The notes under the pieces were generated by a model. The model ran no database searches, was not told the DNA's origin, and saw only the letters and a list, made by a program, of their open reading frames with translations. Shown piece by piece: positions 26,937-40,823 of a stretch of DNA of 64,000 bases. The translations under genes were made by a program, and so were the position numbers. Source of the DNA: Octopus vulgaris (taxonomy: Eukaryota); contig OX597830.1 in the NCBI GenBank assembly GCA_951406725.2, forward strand, positions 59,768,001 to 59,832,000. The letters are read 5' to 3'. How positions within the stretch are numbered: position 1 is the first letter of the stretch; each line of letters begins with the position of its first letter.

Positions 26937-28061
26937 GTATTATTAAATACATGTACTAATGTATATGCTTAGTTTATTTTCCCTCGTGTCACCGGTGTTA
27001 AAACACCTTAGAGTCATGACCGATAGAATAAGTACTAGGCTTACAAAGAATAAGTCCTGGGGGTCGATTTGTTCGACTAAAGGTGGTACACCAGCATGGC
27101 CACGGTCAAATAACAGAAACAAAAAAAAACAATAATAAAATAAAAGAATATGATGGCCGCGCACTCTTGACCGAGGTAGACCATTGTTGACTTTTGGGAA
27201 CATTCTGCGCTCTAGGACTAACTTACATTTTGCATTTGCGGCTCCTTTAATGGCTAATGATCCCTGCTCTTGAGATGCCTACACGATCGCAAACATTGCA
27301 AACCAAGCTTTCCCCAATCACTACACTATATATATATAATGTAGTAATCATCAAAATTCTAATCTGATGGCGTATCAGACCAATTAAGCTAGTCCAGTCA
27401 ACTGAGAATGGTCTCCGCTAGAAGTAAAGTTGACGAGTCTTTAAATATGTACTTTATGAAGATATGCTCGACATTGATGTAATTAAATTACAGTGGAAGA
27501 ATATTTCGCCACTACATCGAGTCATATAATCGCAAATGTGTACTATGAGAATGTAACTTTACCCACATTATTTAATGTGACCTTTAAGATAGTATGAAGT
27601 GGGATAAGTGGGGTTTGGTTGCTATTTCTAGAAGTGTTAATAGACCACATAGAGGCTACCACTCTGAATCGTTGCCTTCTTTCCTGATTTGCGCTGCGTC
27701 ATTTTACTTTAGACTCAACACACATCTACACACACACACACACACACACCACATACACACATGTATCTCCACACATGCACTCCTTTACAGAGAGAGAGAG
27801 GAGAAGTGATGGAAAGAGAGTGGGAGAAAGAGAGATAACGAGGGAACATCTTCGTGGTTGCTTGACCTGCAAAAAATAGTAGCCAAATGTCTCTCAGATG
27901 ACCTCGTACTGTCTTAAAATGGAAACAACGCATTGGATTTGATAATATACTGCTAGACAGACAATGACTAAATGAACGATGAGATGGTCATTGCTGTAAC
28001 GCCTTTGATCTTAAATTTGCTGAATCTAGGATGACCTATGGTGCAAAACAGCAGCTGCAGC

Positions 28062-28400
28062 AGGAGGCGCAGTGGCCTAGTGGTTAGGGCAGCGGATTCG
28101 CGGTCGGAGGATCGCGGTTTCGATTCCCAGACCGGGCGTTGTGTGTGTTTATTGAGCGAAAACACCTAAAGCTCCACGAGGCTCCGGTAGGGGGTGGTGG
28201 AGACCCCTGTTGTACTCTTTCACTCCAACTTTCTCTCACTCAATCGCTGAGCCTTGATGCGCATCCATCCATCCGTCGATGCTCTCTGTGTCGGGGGTTG
28301 ACCTGCTTTTTCTTCTGCGGGTCTTACGAATAGCAAAAGGACCACGTTTCGGACTTCTCCCATCTAGCGAGCTTTGGGACGAAGACCGTTCGCTCAACAG
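28062..28400 (+). mobile_element. SINE family C (tRNA-Arg-like head)
   Basis: ggaggcgcagtggcctagtggttagg A-box, ggtttcgattccc B-box; related copy at 47988-48281. Confidence 0.8.
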
Positions 28401-28407
28401 CACCACA

Positions 28408-28486
<79 letters not shown>

Positions 28487-29224
28487 GTACTACTACTACT
28501 ACTACTACAGTAACAATAAAATCAATACTGAACCAATTGCAAGATTGCTCGGATCTCAGTGCTCTGTTCTATCCTTACTGTGTCTGCTGCATTGGTCCCT
28601 ATTATTCTGGTTTTGCCAACTGTTTATCGGCCCCCATCACTTAAAAGAAATCCACTTGGTGAAGATGCCTTTCTCCAACCTAACCTGCTTGACCCTGCTA
28701 GCCCTAACTTTATGAACCTTGCGCTAAAATCCTTGCTCAATTTTTGCTGTTCAGAACTGCATCCGACTGGGGATGCTTTTCGGATGAGTAATAAGCTAAG
28801 CTGGATAGAGAGAAGACATCGTATATTGCTTAATCCAAGACACTGTCGACCGGTCATATACAAACAAATGAAACATCAGAACTCCAGCAATGTTCAAACT
28901 AAAATTATCAGCTAAAGACAAATATTTTGTTTAATTTCTAATATTTCTAAAATACACATTTACCAGTTCAGCAGTCATTTCCTTTTATCTTTTAGGTGAC
29001 TATACAATTTATTTGTTTTTTAGAGTTCTTTATTTTTGTTATCGTTTTTTTTTTTTATTATTATTATTGACCAGTCCAGTACTTGTTCTGTATATGCCTG
29101 TTGATTATGTCATTCGTATCCTGTTTTGCTAAAGTCCTCATTCTGTCTAGTTCATAATTTGCTATTTTATATCCGAATAATATAAATTCGTTTTTAATAT
29201 AATCTATATCTCTCTTTTCTGTTT

Positions 29225-29617
29225 TCTCTTTTACTTGTTTCAGTCATTTGACTGCGGCCATGCTGGAGCACCGCCTTTAGTCGAGCAACTCGACCCCGGG
29301 ACTTATTCTTTTTGTAAGCCCAGTACTTATTCTATCGATCTCTTTTTGCCGAACCGCTAAGTGACGGGGACGTAAACACACCAGCATCAGTTGTCAAGCA
29401 ATGCTAGGGGAACAAACACAGACACACAAACATACATATATATATATATAGATATATACGACAGGCTTCTTTCTGTTTCCGTCTACCAAATCCACTCACA
29501 AGGCTCTGGTCGGCCCGAGGCTATAGTAGAAGATACTTGCCCAAGATGCCACGCAGTGGGACTGAACCCGGAACCATGTGGTTGGTTAGCAAGCTACTTA
29601 CCACACAGCCACTCCTG
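29225..29617 (-). mobile_element. SINE family B full-length copy
   Basis: Near-identical reverse complement of 25948-26385. Confidence 0.9.
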
Positions 29618-30184
29618 TGTATATTTGCAAGAGAGGTTCGCTGCATTTTGCGTCTGGTGTCTATAATTATTTTCCGTGGATATGATTGATTAATTGATTC
29701 TAGTTTCAGCTTATGAGCTGTGGCCATGCTGGGGCACCGCCATACTGGTTACGCTGTTTTATTACTGTATTCGTAATATTGTTGTTTATGTCTCCACAAC
29801 TCTAACTGTTGCTGTCGTATCATCTGATTTTTACACTGTTTGCAAACCGGGCAAGTTTTTTAAAACGAATTTATTCGAGTGTTTGCTCTGTGAAAACATC
29901 TTAATTTTATCTGTTGAGGCACATATGCTGCATATATATTTTGCTGCATTGTACATGGGTATATCGCCCAACTATTTATGTAAAGAGTGATATTGCACAG
30001 AATTGATCAGTGTTTATTTACTTTTATATTCTTCTTCCTTAATTCTCAAATGTACTTCCATAGCGACAACACTTTACTTCTGTATGCTTTACGGAACGAG
30101 TTACATATTGTGGCGCTGCATGAATCTGATCTTGAATGGTCGAACAGGCGTGAAACTCGAACGATCGGGAAAATGGATTCGATT

Positions 30185-30216
<32 letters not shown>

Positions 30217-30630
30217 TGTATGTATGTATGTATGTATATTTGTATGTATTAAGTATGTATGTATGTATGTATGTATGTATGTATGTATGTATGTATGTAT
30301 GTATGTATATTTGTATGTATTAAGTATGTATGTATGTATGTATGTATGTATGTATGTATGTATGTATGTATGTATGTATGTGTATCTTTTTAGACCGGTT
30401 GAATGGTCAGTTAGTCTGGAATTGCTCCGGCGTGCAGCCACTTCTTCAGCTAGGCCAGTTTGAACTTGTCTGACTGGACCGACCGAAAAATGTATTCCAA
30501 TCTACTTTTGTATTGAGCACTTCTACACCGAATCATTATTTAACAAGATATATATATATTTATTTACATATATATATGTATTTACAGACACACAGACATA
30601 AATACAAGTACATATCTCTATGAATATATT

Positions 30631-30666
<36 letters not shown>

Positions 30667-31477
30667 AATATATTCATAAAGATATGTACTTGTATTTGTG
30701 TCTGTGTGTCTGTAAATACACACACAGATATACGTATGTAAATATATGTATGTGTGTGTCTGTGTCTGTGCATGGGTGTATATGTCTGTGTCTGTGCGTG
30801 TACTTGATCACCACTCCTTGTTTCAACTTAACCTTATTATATATTTGTTTATCCGAATTATCTGCTTAATCCAGTAGTTTTTATATCATTGATCAGTTGT
30901 TGTCGTCCAGTGAGATCGATAACTGCTGCTTGCAACAGGTTGTTAGTAGTTAGTCGAGAAAAAGGGGTCAATAAAATGTTTGTCCATTTGTTCCAGGCTA
31001 GGTGAGTGTCTCCCCACGACTGTCTCTCCGCTCCATCGAAGCGGAAACCATTTCTGGATTGATTCAATTATGATCTGTATTGGGTTTTTTTTTTATCGGT
31101 GATAGCGGCGCCGGCGGCGTCGGCGGCGGTGGCGGCGATGGCGGCGGCGGCGTCGGTGGCGGCGGTGTTGTTTATCATTCATGTAATTGTTATTTATATT
31201 GTTGTTGTTGTTGCCAGACTTTGATGTTGTCGTTAGTCTTCAATTATAATTCTATTCACGTCTAGGATACACTATAGAATCGAACATGTACTTTCTTTTA
31301 TCGACTCTGGATAGATAAAGGATGGTAGTTTTGGCTTTAGCAGGATTTGAACTCAGAGCATAAAAGCTGATTTAAAATTCTGTAAACATTTTACTTGAAT
31401 TTCTAACGATTCTTCCAATCCTCCATATATTATTACTGCGTTGTTAATCCTTACATCCGCTCTACTCAACCGGTTTT

Positions 31478-31710
31478 TATTTCTTTATTGCCCACAAGGG
31501 GCTAAACATAGAGGGGACAAACAAGGACAGACAAACGGATTAAGTCGATTACATCGGCCCCAGTGCGTAACTGGTAATTAATTTATCGACCCCGAAAGGA
31601 TGAAAGGCAAAGTCGATCTCGGCGGAATTTGAACTCAGAACGTAACGGCAGACGAAATACCACTAAGCATTTAGCCCGGCGTGCTAACGTTTCTGTTAGC
31701 TCGCAGCCTT
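31478..31710 (-). mobile_element. SINE family A monomer
   Basis: Reverse-complement match. Confidence 0.85.
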
Positions 31711-32149
31711 TATAACCGACTGAGCTTTACTCAGCCGGTTCTATGGTCAAAAGTTTTCTAGTCATGGCCATCGATATAATTACTTGAGACCTATTTGTGG
31801 GTTTCAGAAGTTTGCTTGCAACCTAATTCCTTAATTGCTCATAGTTCTTGACATCTAAAGCATGTATCTTACTCTCTGTTACAATATCTTCAGATTGACC
31901 AAAACACCTTGCTTTGTAAATGTAATTTGGTAGACAGAACTGTGTGGAAGTTCATCCTATGTATAAACACAGACACACACATTGACAAACAATGTGTGTG
32001 TGTTTGTTCTCCATCACTGCTTGACAACCGCTGTTTGTGAGTTACATTGCTGTGACTTAGCGGTTCAGTAATGAAACCGATAGAATAATTATCAGGCTTA
32101 AAGAAAAAAACCATTGGGGTCGATTCGTTCGACTTAAATTTTTAAAAAC

Positions 32150-32945
32150 TAACGCCCTCGCCATAGACATTCGATACGCCGAGTTCGAAAACCTCAATTA
32201 TCTACATCCTTTGATAAATTGAAAACATCATCTAAAGAGCTGAACGAAACATGGAAAAAATGGTGTATGACAATAAATACCGTGAAATGCAAAATCCTAA
32301 CCGTTCTAAAGAAATGATCACACATGAAGTTTCGGCAGCAGATCACGCCACAGAGTTTGTGTTTCACAGAAGCAAAGTCCCAAATGAATAACAAAATGTA
32401 AAAAAGACATGCTGTATTGGAATCTAAACGTTTGGAAGACAAAAATAATTCCTGATCTGGAACGGGCAGCGATTCAATGTCCGACTGTACACATCTCATT
32501 GTCTCCAATGGAACATACGCCACGAAAACGAGAATCCTAAAAACCTGAAGATACACGTAGACTAGGAATTTTGAAATGCGGTGCTTGTGGTCTACAAAGG
32601 GTATCATTACGAGACAGACTTCAAAATATCTCCATAAATAAAGAAGAAAGGAAATCTTTTCAAACAGCAAACGTCATTGTCGGGGTAATAAGAAAGGAGC
32701 GAGTGAAGTCCTTCGACCATGTAATAAGGCAGCTACGCAATAACTAAGTAACGCTGGCTGCCTACCAAGATTTCTGAAGCCCCAGGCGAACGTGGCAGAC
32801 CACCTATGAAGTGGACCTCTCAGATCCACGAACACAGCGAGTAGAAAAGTTCGCAACAGCGGAAAGCAGAAACGTCAGACCAAAGAAGGTAGTGGTGCTT
32901 CAAATGGTAGGGGACAGCAAGGATCCGGAGTCGACTGAGCAACGC
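32150..32945 (+). pseudogene. Highly decayed RTE reverse transcriptase relic
   Basis: Fragments KELNETWKKWCMTINTVKCKIL, RRLGI..EMRCLWSTKGI and GRPPMKWTSQI across frameshifts, resembling RTE ORF2. Confidence 0.55.
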
Positions 32946-33087
32946 GAAGAATAATCTGCATACATACATACATACACAGACAGACACGCGCATACATTCA
33001 TACATACACTTCTATATATGCTAATGTGTTTGTATAAATATATATGCGCGCGCGCATACACTCACATGCATATACATATATATATGC

Positions 33088-33124
<37 letters not shown>

Positions 33125-33134
33125 TTTAAGAGTG

Positions 33135-33166
<32 letters not shown>

Positions 33167-33167
33167 T

Positions 33168-33231
<64 letters not shown>

Positions 33232-33280
33232 ATACATATGTATATATATATTTGTATACATAATTATGTGTGTGTTTGCA

Positions 33281-33314
<34 letters not shown>

Positions 33315-33402
33315 ATGACGGTGCCCCAGCATTGACCACAGCTCATGAGCTGAAACTGGTTTAATTCAATTCAATATACATATACATATATACACACACA
33401 CT

Positions 33403-33463
<61 letters not shown>

Positions 33464-33586
33464 GTAGATAGATAGATACACACATACATATAAATACATA
33501 CATGCACACATATACATACATACATACATACATACATACACATACATACATACGTACATACATACATACATACGTGCATATATACA

Positions 33587-33618
<32 letters not shown>

Positions 33619-33798
33619 CATAAATTCACACACACACATACATACATACATACATACATACATACATACATACATACATACATACATACATACATACATA
33701 CATACGTGCATATATACATATACATGTGTATGTGTTCGTGTGCTTCTTTTGAGATCTGTTTGTTTTCGTCTTCAGAATTGAACCAGGTCACGAACTAA

Positions 33799-34007
33799 AT
33801 GGCAAAGACTCTTTTGTGTGAGTGGAGACAGCTCTTGAGCTATCTGAATTGCTTCGTGGTTGTTGTTGTTGTTGTGTGTGTGTGTGTGAGTGTGTGTGTG
33901 TATGTGTGTGCGTACACGTCTGTGTATTTGTGTCTATATGTTCAGACCAGGAACCTCAATGGAGAGCTCCTGGAATCCCGGGAATGTCTTACAACTCTTC
34001 GCAGTAA
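33799..34007 (+). CDS. Candidate spliced small ORF (33799-33817 + 33946-34007), 26 aa MAKTLLYQEPQWRAPGIPGMSYNSSQ
   Basis: Acceptor ttttcgtcttcag (33775), aaATGG start, GTGAGT donor (33818), acceptor atgttcag (33945); unique sequence between microsatellites. No homology recognised. Confidence 0.2.
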
Positions 34008-34062
34008 TTCTAATCGATTCTATTGAATGAGAATCAGATGGCTCTGCACAGTTTTCCCTTTG

Positions 34063-34093
<31 letters not shown>

Positions 34094-34206
34094 TGTGTTG
34101 TGAATATGAGTGTGTGTGTGTGTGTGTGTTTGTGTATGTGAACCTGAAAATTTCTAGATTTATTTACAGGTCTATTGCTTTATATATGCATGTATGTACG
34201 TATGTA

Positions 34207-34263
<57 letters not shown>

Positions 34264-34816
34264 TATCGTTATCTTTTACTTGTTTCAGTCATTAGACTGC
34301 GGCCATGCTGGGGCACTGCTATGAATTTTTAGTCGAACGAATCGACCCCAGTACTTATACTTTAAGCTTGGTACTTACTCTATCGGGCCCTTTTGCCGAA
34401 CTACTAAGTTACAGGAGCGTAGACACACCAACACCGGTTGTAAAGCGGTAACGGTGGGACAAACACAGACACATACACATACACATAGATATACATACAT
34501 AAATAATACATTCGTAAGAGCGTGGGTTCGATTTCCGGACCGGGTAGTGGATTGTATTCTTGAGAAAAACATTTCATCTCACGTTGCACTCCGAACTGAT
34601 CACTTCTACATCTGGTGTGTGATGCATCTGAAGTGCACCTGTACAGGTAATGACGATTTGATGGAGTGGGCGAACTAATGTACAACACAAACGTTTGATC
34701 ACAATAAACAACTCATTTGTGCAGGTCGTTCAACGGGAAAATGCGGAACCGTCTTCTCCGAATTCGAGAAGGTATTATTACACGTGCTCGCGCGCGTACA
34801 TAGTCTTGAATCCACT

Positions 34817-35888
34817 CACACATATACATACATACATACATGCATACATACATACATACATACATACATACATACATACATACATACATACATACATACA
34901 TACATACATACATGCATGCATACATACATACATGCATACATACATACATACATGCATGCATACATACATACATACATACATACATACATACATACACACA
35001 TACATACATACATACATACATACATACATGCATACATACATACATACATGCATTCATACATACATACATACATACATACATACATACACACATACATACA
35101 TACATGCATACATACATACATGCATGCATACATACATACATGCATGCATACATACATACATACACACATACATACATACATGCATTCATGCATACATGCA
35201 TGCATACATACATACATGCATGCATACATACATACATGCATACATACATACATACATGCATACATACATACATATATACATACATACATACATACATACA
35301 TACATACATACATACATACATACATACATACATACATACATACATACATACATGCATTCATGCATACATACATACATGCATGCATACATACATACATACA
35401 TACATACATGCATACATACATACATACATACATACATACATACATACATACATACATACATACATACATGCATGCATACATACATATATACATACATACA
35501 TACATACATACATACATACATACATACATACATACATACATACATGCATTCATGCATACATACATACATACATACATACATACATACATACATACATACA
35601 TACATACATACATACATGCATTCATGCATACATACATACATACATACATACATACATGCATTCATGCATACATGCATGCATACATACATACATATATACA
35701 TACATACATACATACATACATACATACATACATACATACATGCATACATACATATATACATACATACATACATGCATACATACATATATACATACATACA
35801 TACATACATACATACATACATACACACATACATACATACATGCATTCATGCATACATGCATGCATACATACATACATACATACATATA

Positions 35889-35922
<34 letters not shown>

Positions 35923-35988
35923 CATACATACATACATACATACATACATACATACATACATACATACATACATACATACATACATACA

Positions 35989-36022
<34 letters not shown>

Positions 36023-36720
36023 CATACATACATACATACATACATACATACATACATACATACATACATACATACATACATACATACATACATACATACA
36101 TACATACATACATACATACATACATACATACATACATACATACATACATACATACATACATACATACATACATACATGCATTCATGCATGCATACATACA
36201 TACATACATACATACATACATACATACATACATACATACATACATACATACATACATACATACATACATACATACATGCATGCATACATGCATGCATACA
36301 TACATACATACATGCATGCATACATACATACATACATACATACATACATACATGCATGCATACATGCATGCATACATACATACATACATGCATGCATACA
36401 TACATGCATGCATACATACATACATACATGCATGCATACATACATACATACATACATACATACACACATACATACATACATACATACATACATACATACA
36501 TACATGCATGCATACATGCATGCATACATACATACATACATGCATGCATACATACATACATACATACATACATACATACATACATACATACATACATACA
36601 TGCATGCATACATACATACATACATGCATGCATACATATACATACATACATACATACATACATACATGCATACATACATACATACATACATACATACATG
36701 CATTCATGCATACATGCATG
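34817..36720 (+). repeat. 1.9-kb (TACA)n satellite with TGCA/TTCA/TATA/CACA variant units
   Basis: Direct reading; gives the 645-679-aa pseudo-ORFs. Confidence 0.97.
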
Positions 36721-37247
36721 AGTGTTACTGGTAATATAGAATCCAGTAAAACCTGTTGCACGGTAGGGTTGTCGTTGACTAAACAGGCACCGCCATCAGG
36801 CTTTCCTGGTGATTATAAAAAAAATTCTGTAGCATTTTACACGTGGAAGGGCGGGGGAAGCTAAGCGATTCTCATTCATATTTTGAATTTGGCGGTGCTA
36901 ACATTGAACATGATCGGCCTATTGCCGTTATGTGGAAAGATTCGTTCAAATGTTCTAGTACCTTCGAATTATCACAGAAAATCCATGCTGACGAAGAATA
37001 TGGTTAGTGAAGTATATTTTTTTTATATTCTTTATGAAAAAAACCTAATTCAGAAACGCGCGTCCATGGACGATCAGATATTGATTGATTTTCGTTACTT
37101 TACTCTCTGCTTGTGTGAATAACCTTCAAGTATTTTGGTTTCTCTGGAAGAGCCTTTTTAAAGTAGAAGAAATGGCTAAGATTTTTGGCTGCTATTTCTG
37201 AACTTCGGTGTGTGGTGAGGCAATTCTTTGCTGAACCCTTTTTATTA

Positions 37248-37324
<77 letters not shown>

Positions 37325-37487
37325 AATAAGAAAATGGAGGAACAAATTCATTTCAATCATCAACTTACAGATATTACAATTTCATATTATTTATTAACTA
37401 CATAAATAGGAACATCCAAATCGATCAAAACAATATACATCAATATGCAAGATAATAATACCACCCTCATAACCCCTATCTTACTTT

Positions 37488-37563
<76 letters not shown>

Positions 37564-37782
37564 TGTGTATATAGGCATACATGTATGTGCACAGTGTGTA
37601 TGTATGTGTGTTTGTGTGAGTTTCTGTGTCAGCTGGCGTAAACCGATGTGTCGAGTTGCGTTCCTTTTGAACCAAAGCCACCATTTAAACGTTCGATAAG
37701 TAAAGATCGACAGCATGTATCTTATATATATATATTGAATGACCTCATTCCAATGATTGAAAGCAGTAAAAGAATTATATAT

Positions 37783-38013
37783 GTTTCTTTACTACCCACA
37801 AGGGGCAAAACATAGAGGGGACAAACAAGGACAGAAAAACGGATTAAGTCGATTACATCGACCCCAGTGCGTAAATGGTACTTAATTTTATCGACCCCTA
37901 AAGGATGAAAGGCAAAGTCGACCTCAGCGGAATTTGAACTCAGAACGTAACGGCAGACGAAATACGGCTACGCATGTCGCCCGGCGAGCTAACGTTTCTG
38001 CCAGTTCGCCACC
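37783..38013 (-). mobile_element. SINE family A monomer
   Basis: Reverse-complement match. Confidence 0.85.
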
Positions 38014-38728
38014 TTTTTTCTTTTTTCTTTTTATCCTCAGATAAATAATGGGTGTTTGTCCATCTTGGAAGGTCAAAGTGATACATGATTTATCATGACT
38101 GGATTTATATATTATATATAGGATATGTTCTTTAGTGCATCTTTCCTTCTTTCAAAGTCGGTAGGGAATTTTTTGTGGGTATATCTAGCGTGTTGAATGA
38201 CCTCATTCAGGTTCCTTCTCTGGCTCGCATATTATTGTAATTGTTGTGTGGTCCTAGGTTGGCTTGGATCAAGCGAGTCTGTAATCAAAGAGGCTCCAAT
38301 AGTGACGGCTATGTCTTGCTTTCAGAGAAGTCTATCAATGATTGTTATCGATCACGTCATATTTAATATGGCAAAGGTATAAGCTGGGGAGAAGGGATTT
38401 GGTTGCTATTTGTAGAAGGCCAAGCGACCGCCCACCGACTCTCTAGCTTCAGCTACTGCTATTGTTGTCACTGTTGTTGTTGTTTAATCGCATGGCATCC
38501 GAACTCTGATCCGTAGCCCTATGATTAGAGGCATTCCTGTCGTGTTCATCCAGTCTCCCTATATGTCAAAGGGCACCCAGAATCACAATGGTCTAATACG
38601 ATCCTCTTTAAGATACGGGATTGTAGTTATAGGGAAGTTTGGTCGGTTGGTTGAATAACAACATAGAAATTCCCTCGTTGACTCAATGTGGTATTTGTTA
38701 TTGTTATTCTTGTTGTGTATCCTCACGT

Positions 38729-38882
38729 CAGTCCTGACGAGCCAGTAGGTGCGACCCAGTGCCGATGAGTCAGTCCTGACGAGCCAGTAGGTGCGACCCA
38801 GTCCTGATGAGTCAGTCCTGACGAGCCAGTAGGTGCGACCCAGTGTCGATGAGTCAGTCCTGACGAGCCAGTAGGTGCGACC
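38729..38882. repeat. 42-bp tandem repeat (3.67 copies) made of three 14-bp cagt-initiated subunits
   Basis: cagtcctgacgagc-cagtaggtgcgacc-cagtNNNgatgagt. Confidence 0.95.
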
Positions 38883-40718
38883 TATAAACCCATTGTTCAA
38901 GATGTCATATATGGTGCAGGCTTGGCTGTGTGGTAAGAAGCTTGCTTCCCTACACATGGTTCTGGGTTCAGTTCCACAGTGTGGCACCTTGGTCAAGTGT
39001 CCTCTACTATAGCCTCGGGCCTAACCAAAGCCTTGTAAGTAGATTTGGCAGTCGGAAACTGAAAGAAGCTCGTCGTATAAGTGTGGGCGTGTGTGTGTGT
39101 CTTTGTGTATGTGCTTGTCCACCCCCCACTGCTTGACAACCGGTGTTGGTGCGTTTAAGTCCCCGTAAGATAGCGGTTCAGCAAAGGAGATAGATAAAAT
39201 AAGTATCAGGCTTTACAAAAGTAAAGAAGTTCGACTAAATAGTCTAATGACTGAAACAAGCAAAAGATACAAGAAACCGAGAGTTGGTTTTAATGGAGCT
39301 CTAAAATATGGAAACGGAACCACATTACTTTTTAGTTTCTTTTTTTTTTTTTGTTTTCTGTTGTAATTTGCTTTCGTAAATCTACAGTTTCTTACGGTTT
39401 CCGTAACGGTCGTTCCTCGAAGTCTTGTGTATTCTGGCAGAGTGTCGGGAAATGCGGCGCTCAAGAGGTTATTCCTTTTGCTGCTCTTTCATAGGGTTCT
39501 TTTTTTTATGTTTATCTGGATCAACTGAAAGGTGCCCTCAGGACAGAGTTGCTGAAGAGTGGTGTTGGTGGGGATGCCTGTGTGTTTATGGATGAATATA
39601 AACAAGAGTACATTTTGCACCAAAAGGCAATGTGAGAGTTTCTCTCGTGGTAACTCCTGCAGTATAGTTTGTTCTAACAGAACATTCACATTTAAGTGGG
39701 GATAAATATTACTTCTTGGTATTAACACTGCCTCTGTCGCTAATGAACACAGACTTAGTAGTTGGGTCCAGTGGAGACAGAAGTTTGTTGCTGCAATAAA
39801 ACTCAGCCTCTTGAATTCGTTTTTTTTTTTGAAATTTTTAAAAATATTTTAGTGTATCTGTTTCGTAGTGTAGTTGGTCTATAGTTCTGTGTTCAATTGG
39901 TGATCTTGTGAAACTCTGTCTTGTGTTCTTTGCGACGTATTGCGATTTGCTGAGAAGATCTTAGTGAGATGAAGCAGGGTTGATGCGATCCGTGATGATG
40001 ACATCTCAAGCGGTGCCACGTGGGTGGCAGCGTTAGTAGAACTGCTAGTGTTAGATTTTGTTGATGTTGCTATTGTTGTTCAACCGCTGATCAAACCCGA
40101 TTGACTTTGCCTACGACCAAAGGCATTTTCAACTCACGAGGTTCTGGTTGACCCGAATTTATGATAGCAGATGCCCCCTCCTACTCCCCCCCCTTTTAAA
40201 TGGCTTAGTCAGAGGAAGTAGGGTAGGCCGCTTCTGAAGATCTTAATGAATGGTAAAAGGAAGTTATCCCTCACATGGTAGAAATGGTCCCAAATACTTT
40301 CAACAAAGTAGTGGGCTCTTGCAAAACTTGCCAAAGGATCCGAACAGCTTAACATCTAACAATGTCTGCGTCTATACCTTTATATTGCCCTGTTGTTCCT
40401 GTAGAGTTGCAGTACAGTCACAATGGCCTTATTGTAATAATTACAAAAACACCTCCAACAAAAAATCCTCGACTCCGTTCCCAATTCTTCCTTCTTTTCT
40501 CGCCTAATTTCCTCTCTCACCCTATACTTTGCACTTCTGACTCGTTATTCCTCTCTGCAACTCATTGCTCCTCTTTTTCCATTTTATATCTTTTGTTCTC
40601 TCTTTATCCTACCAACTCTTTCACTCTCTTTCATCTCTCAATTTTTTCTCACTCATCTCTAATTCTCTATCTCAATAATTAATAGTCTCTTTTCCTTAAA
40701 TCCCTGTCTGTCTGTCTT

Positions 40719-40752
<34 letters not shown>

Positions 40753-40787
40753 GATATTAAGCATTTCCTTCTCTCTTATTTTCCCTA

Positions 40788-40823
<36 letters not shown>

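Larger units (their letters stand above)
25560..27575. repeat. Pair of ~230-bp inverted repeats (25560-25790 / 27337-27575), possible old foldback element
   Basis: e.g. atcagattagaattttgctgattactacatta vs taatgtagtaatcatcaaaattctaatctgat; aaagttacattctcatagtac vs gtactatgagaatgtaacttt. Confidence 0.75.

Noticed and set aside
28062-28136. tRNA gene
   Set aside because: A/B boxes continue into a repeated SINE body; no clean acceptor stem or terminator.
34695-36864. 645-679-aa ORFs and all other MYVC/HTYI/IY/CV/poly-I/poly-L ORFs
   Set aside because: Translations of stop-free microsatellites, open in multiple frames on both strands.
40250-40507. CKTC-containing stretch resembling a Penelope GIY-YIG N-terminal region
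   Set aside because: Too degenerate to support without a profile search.
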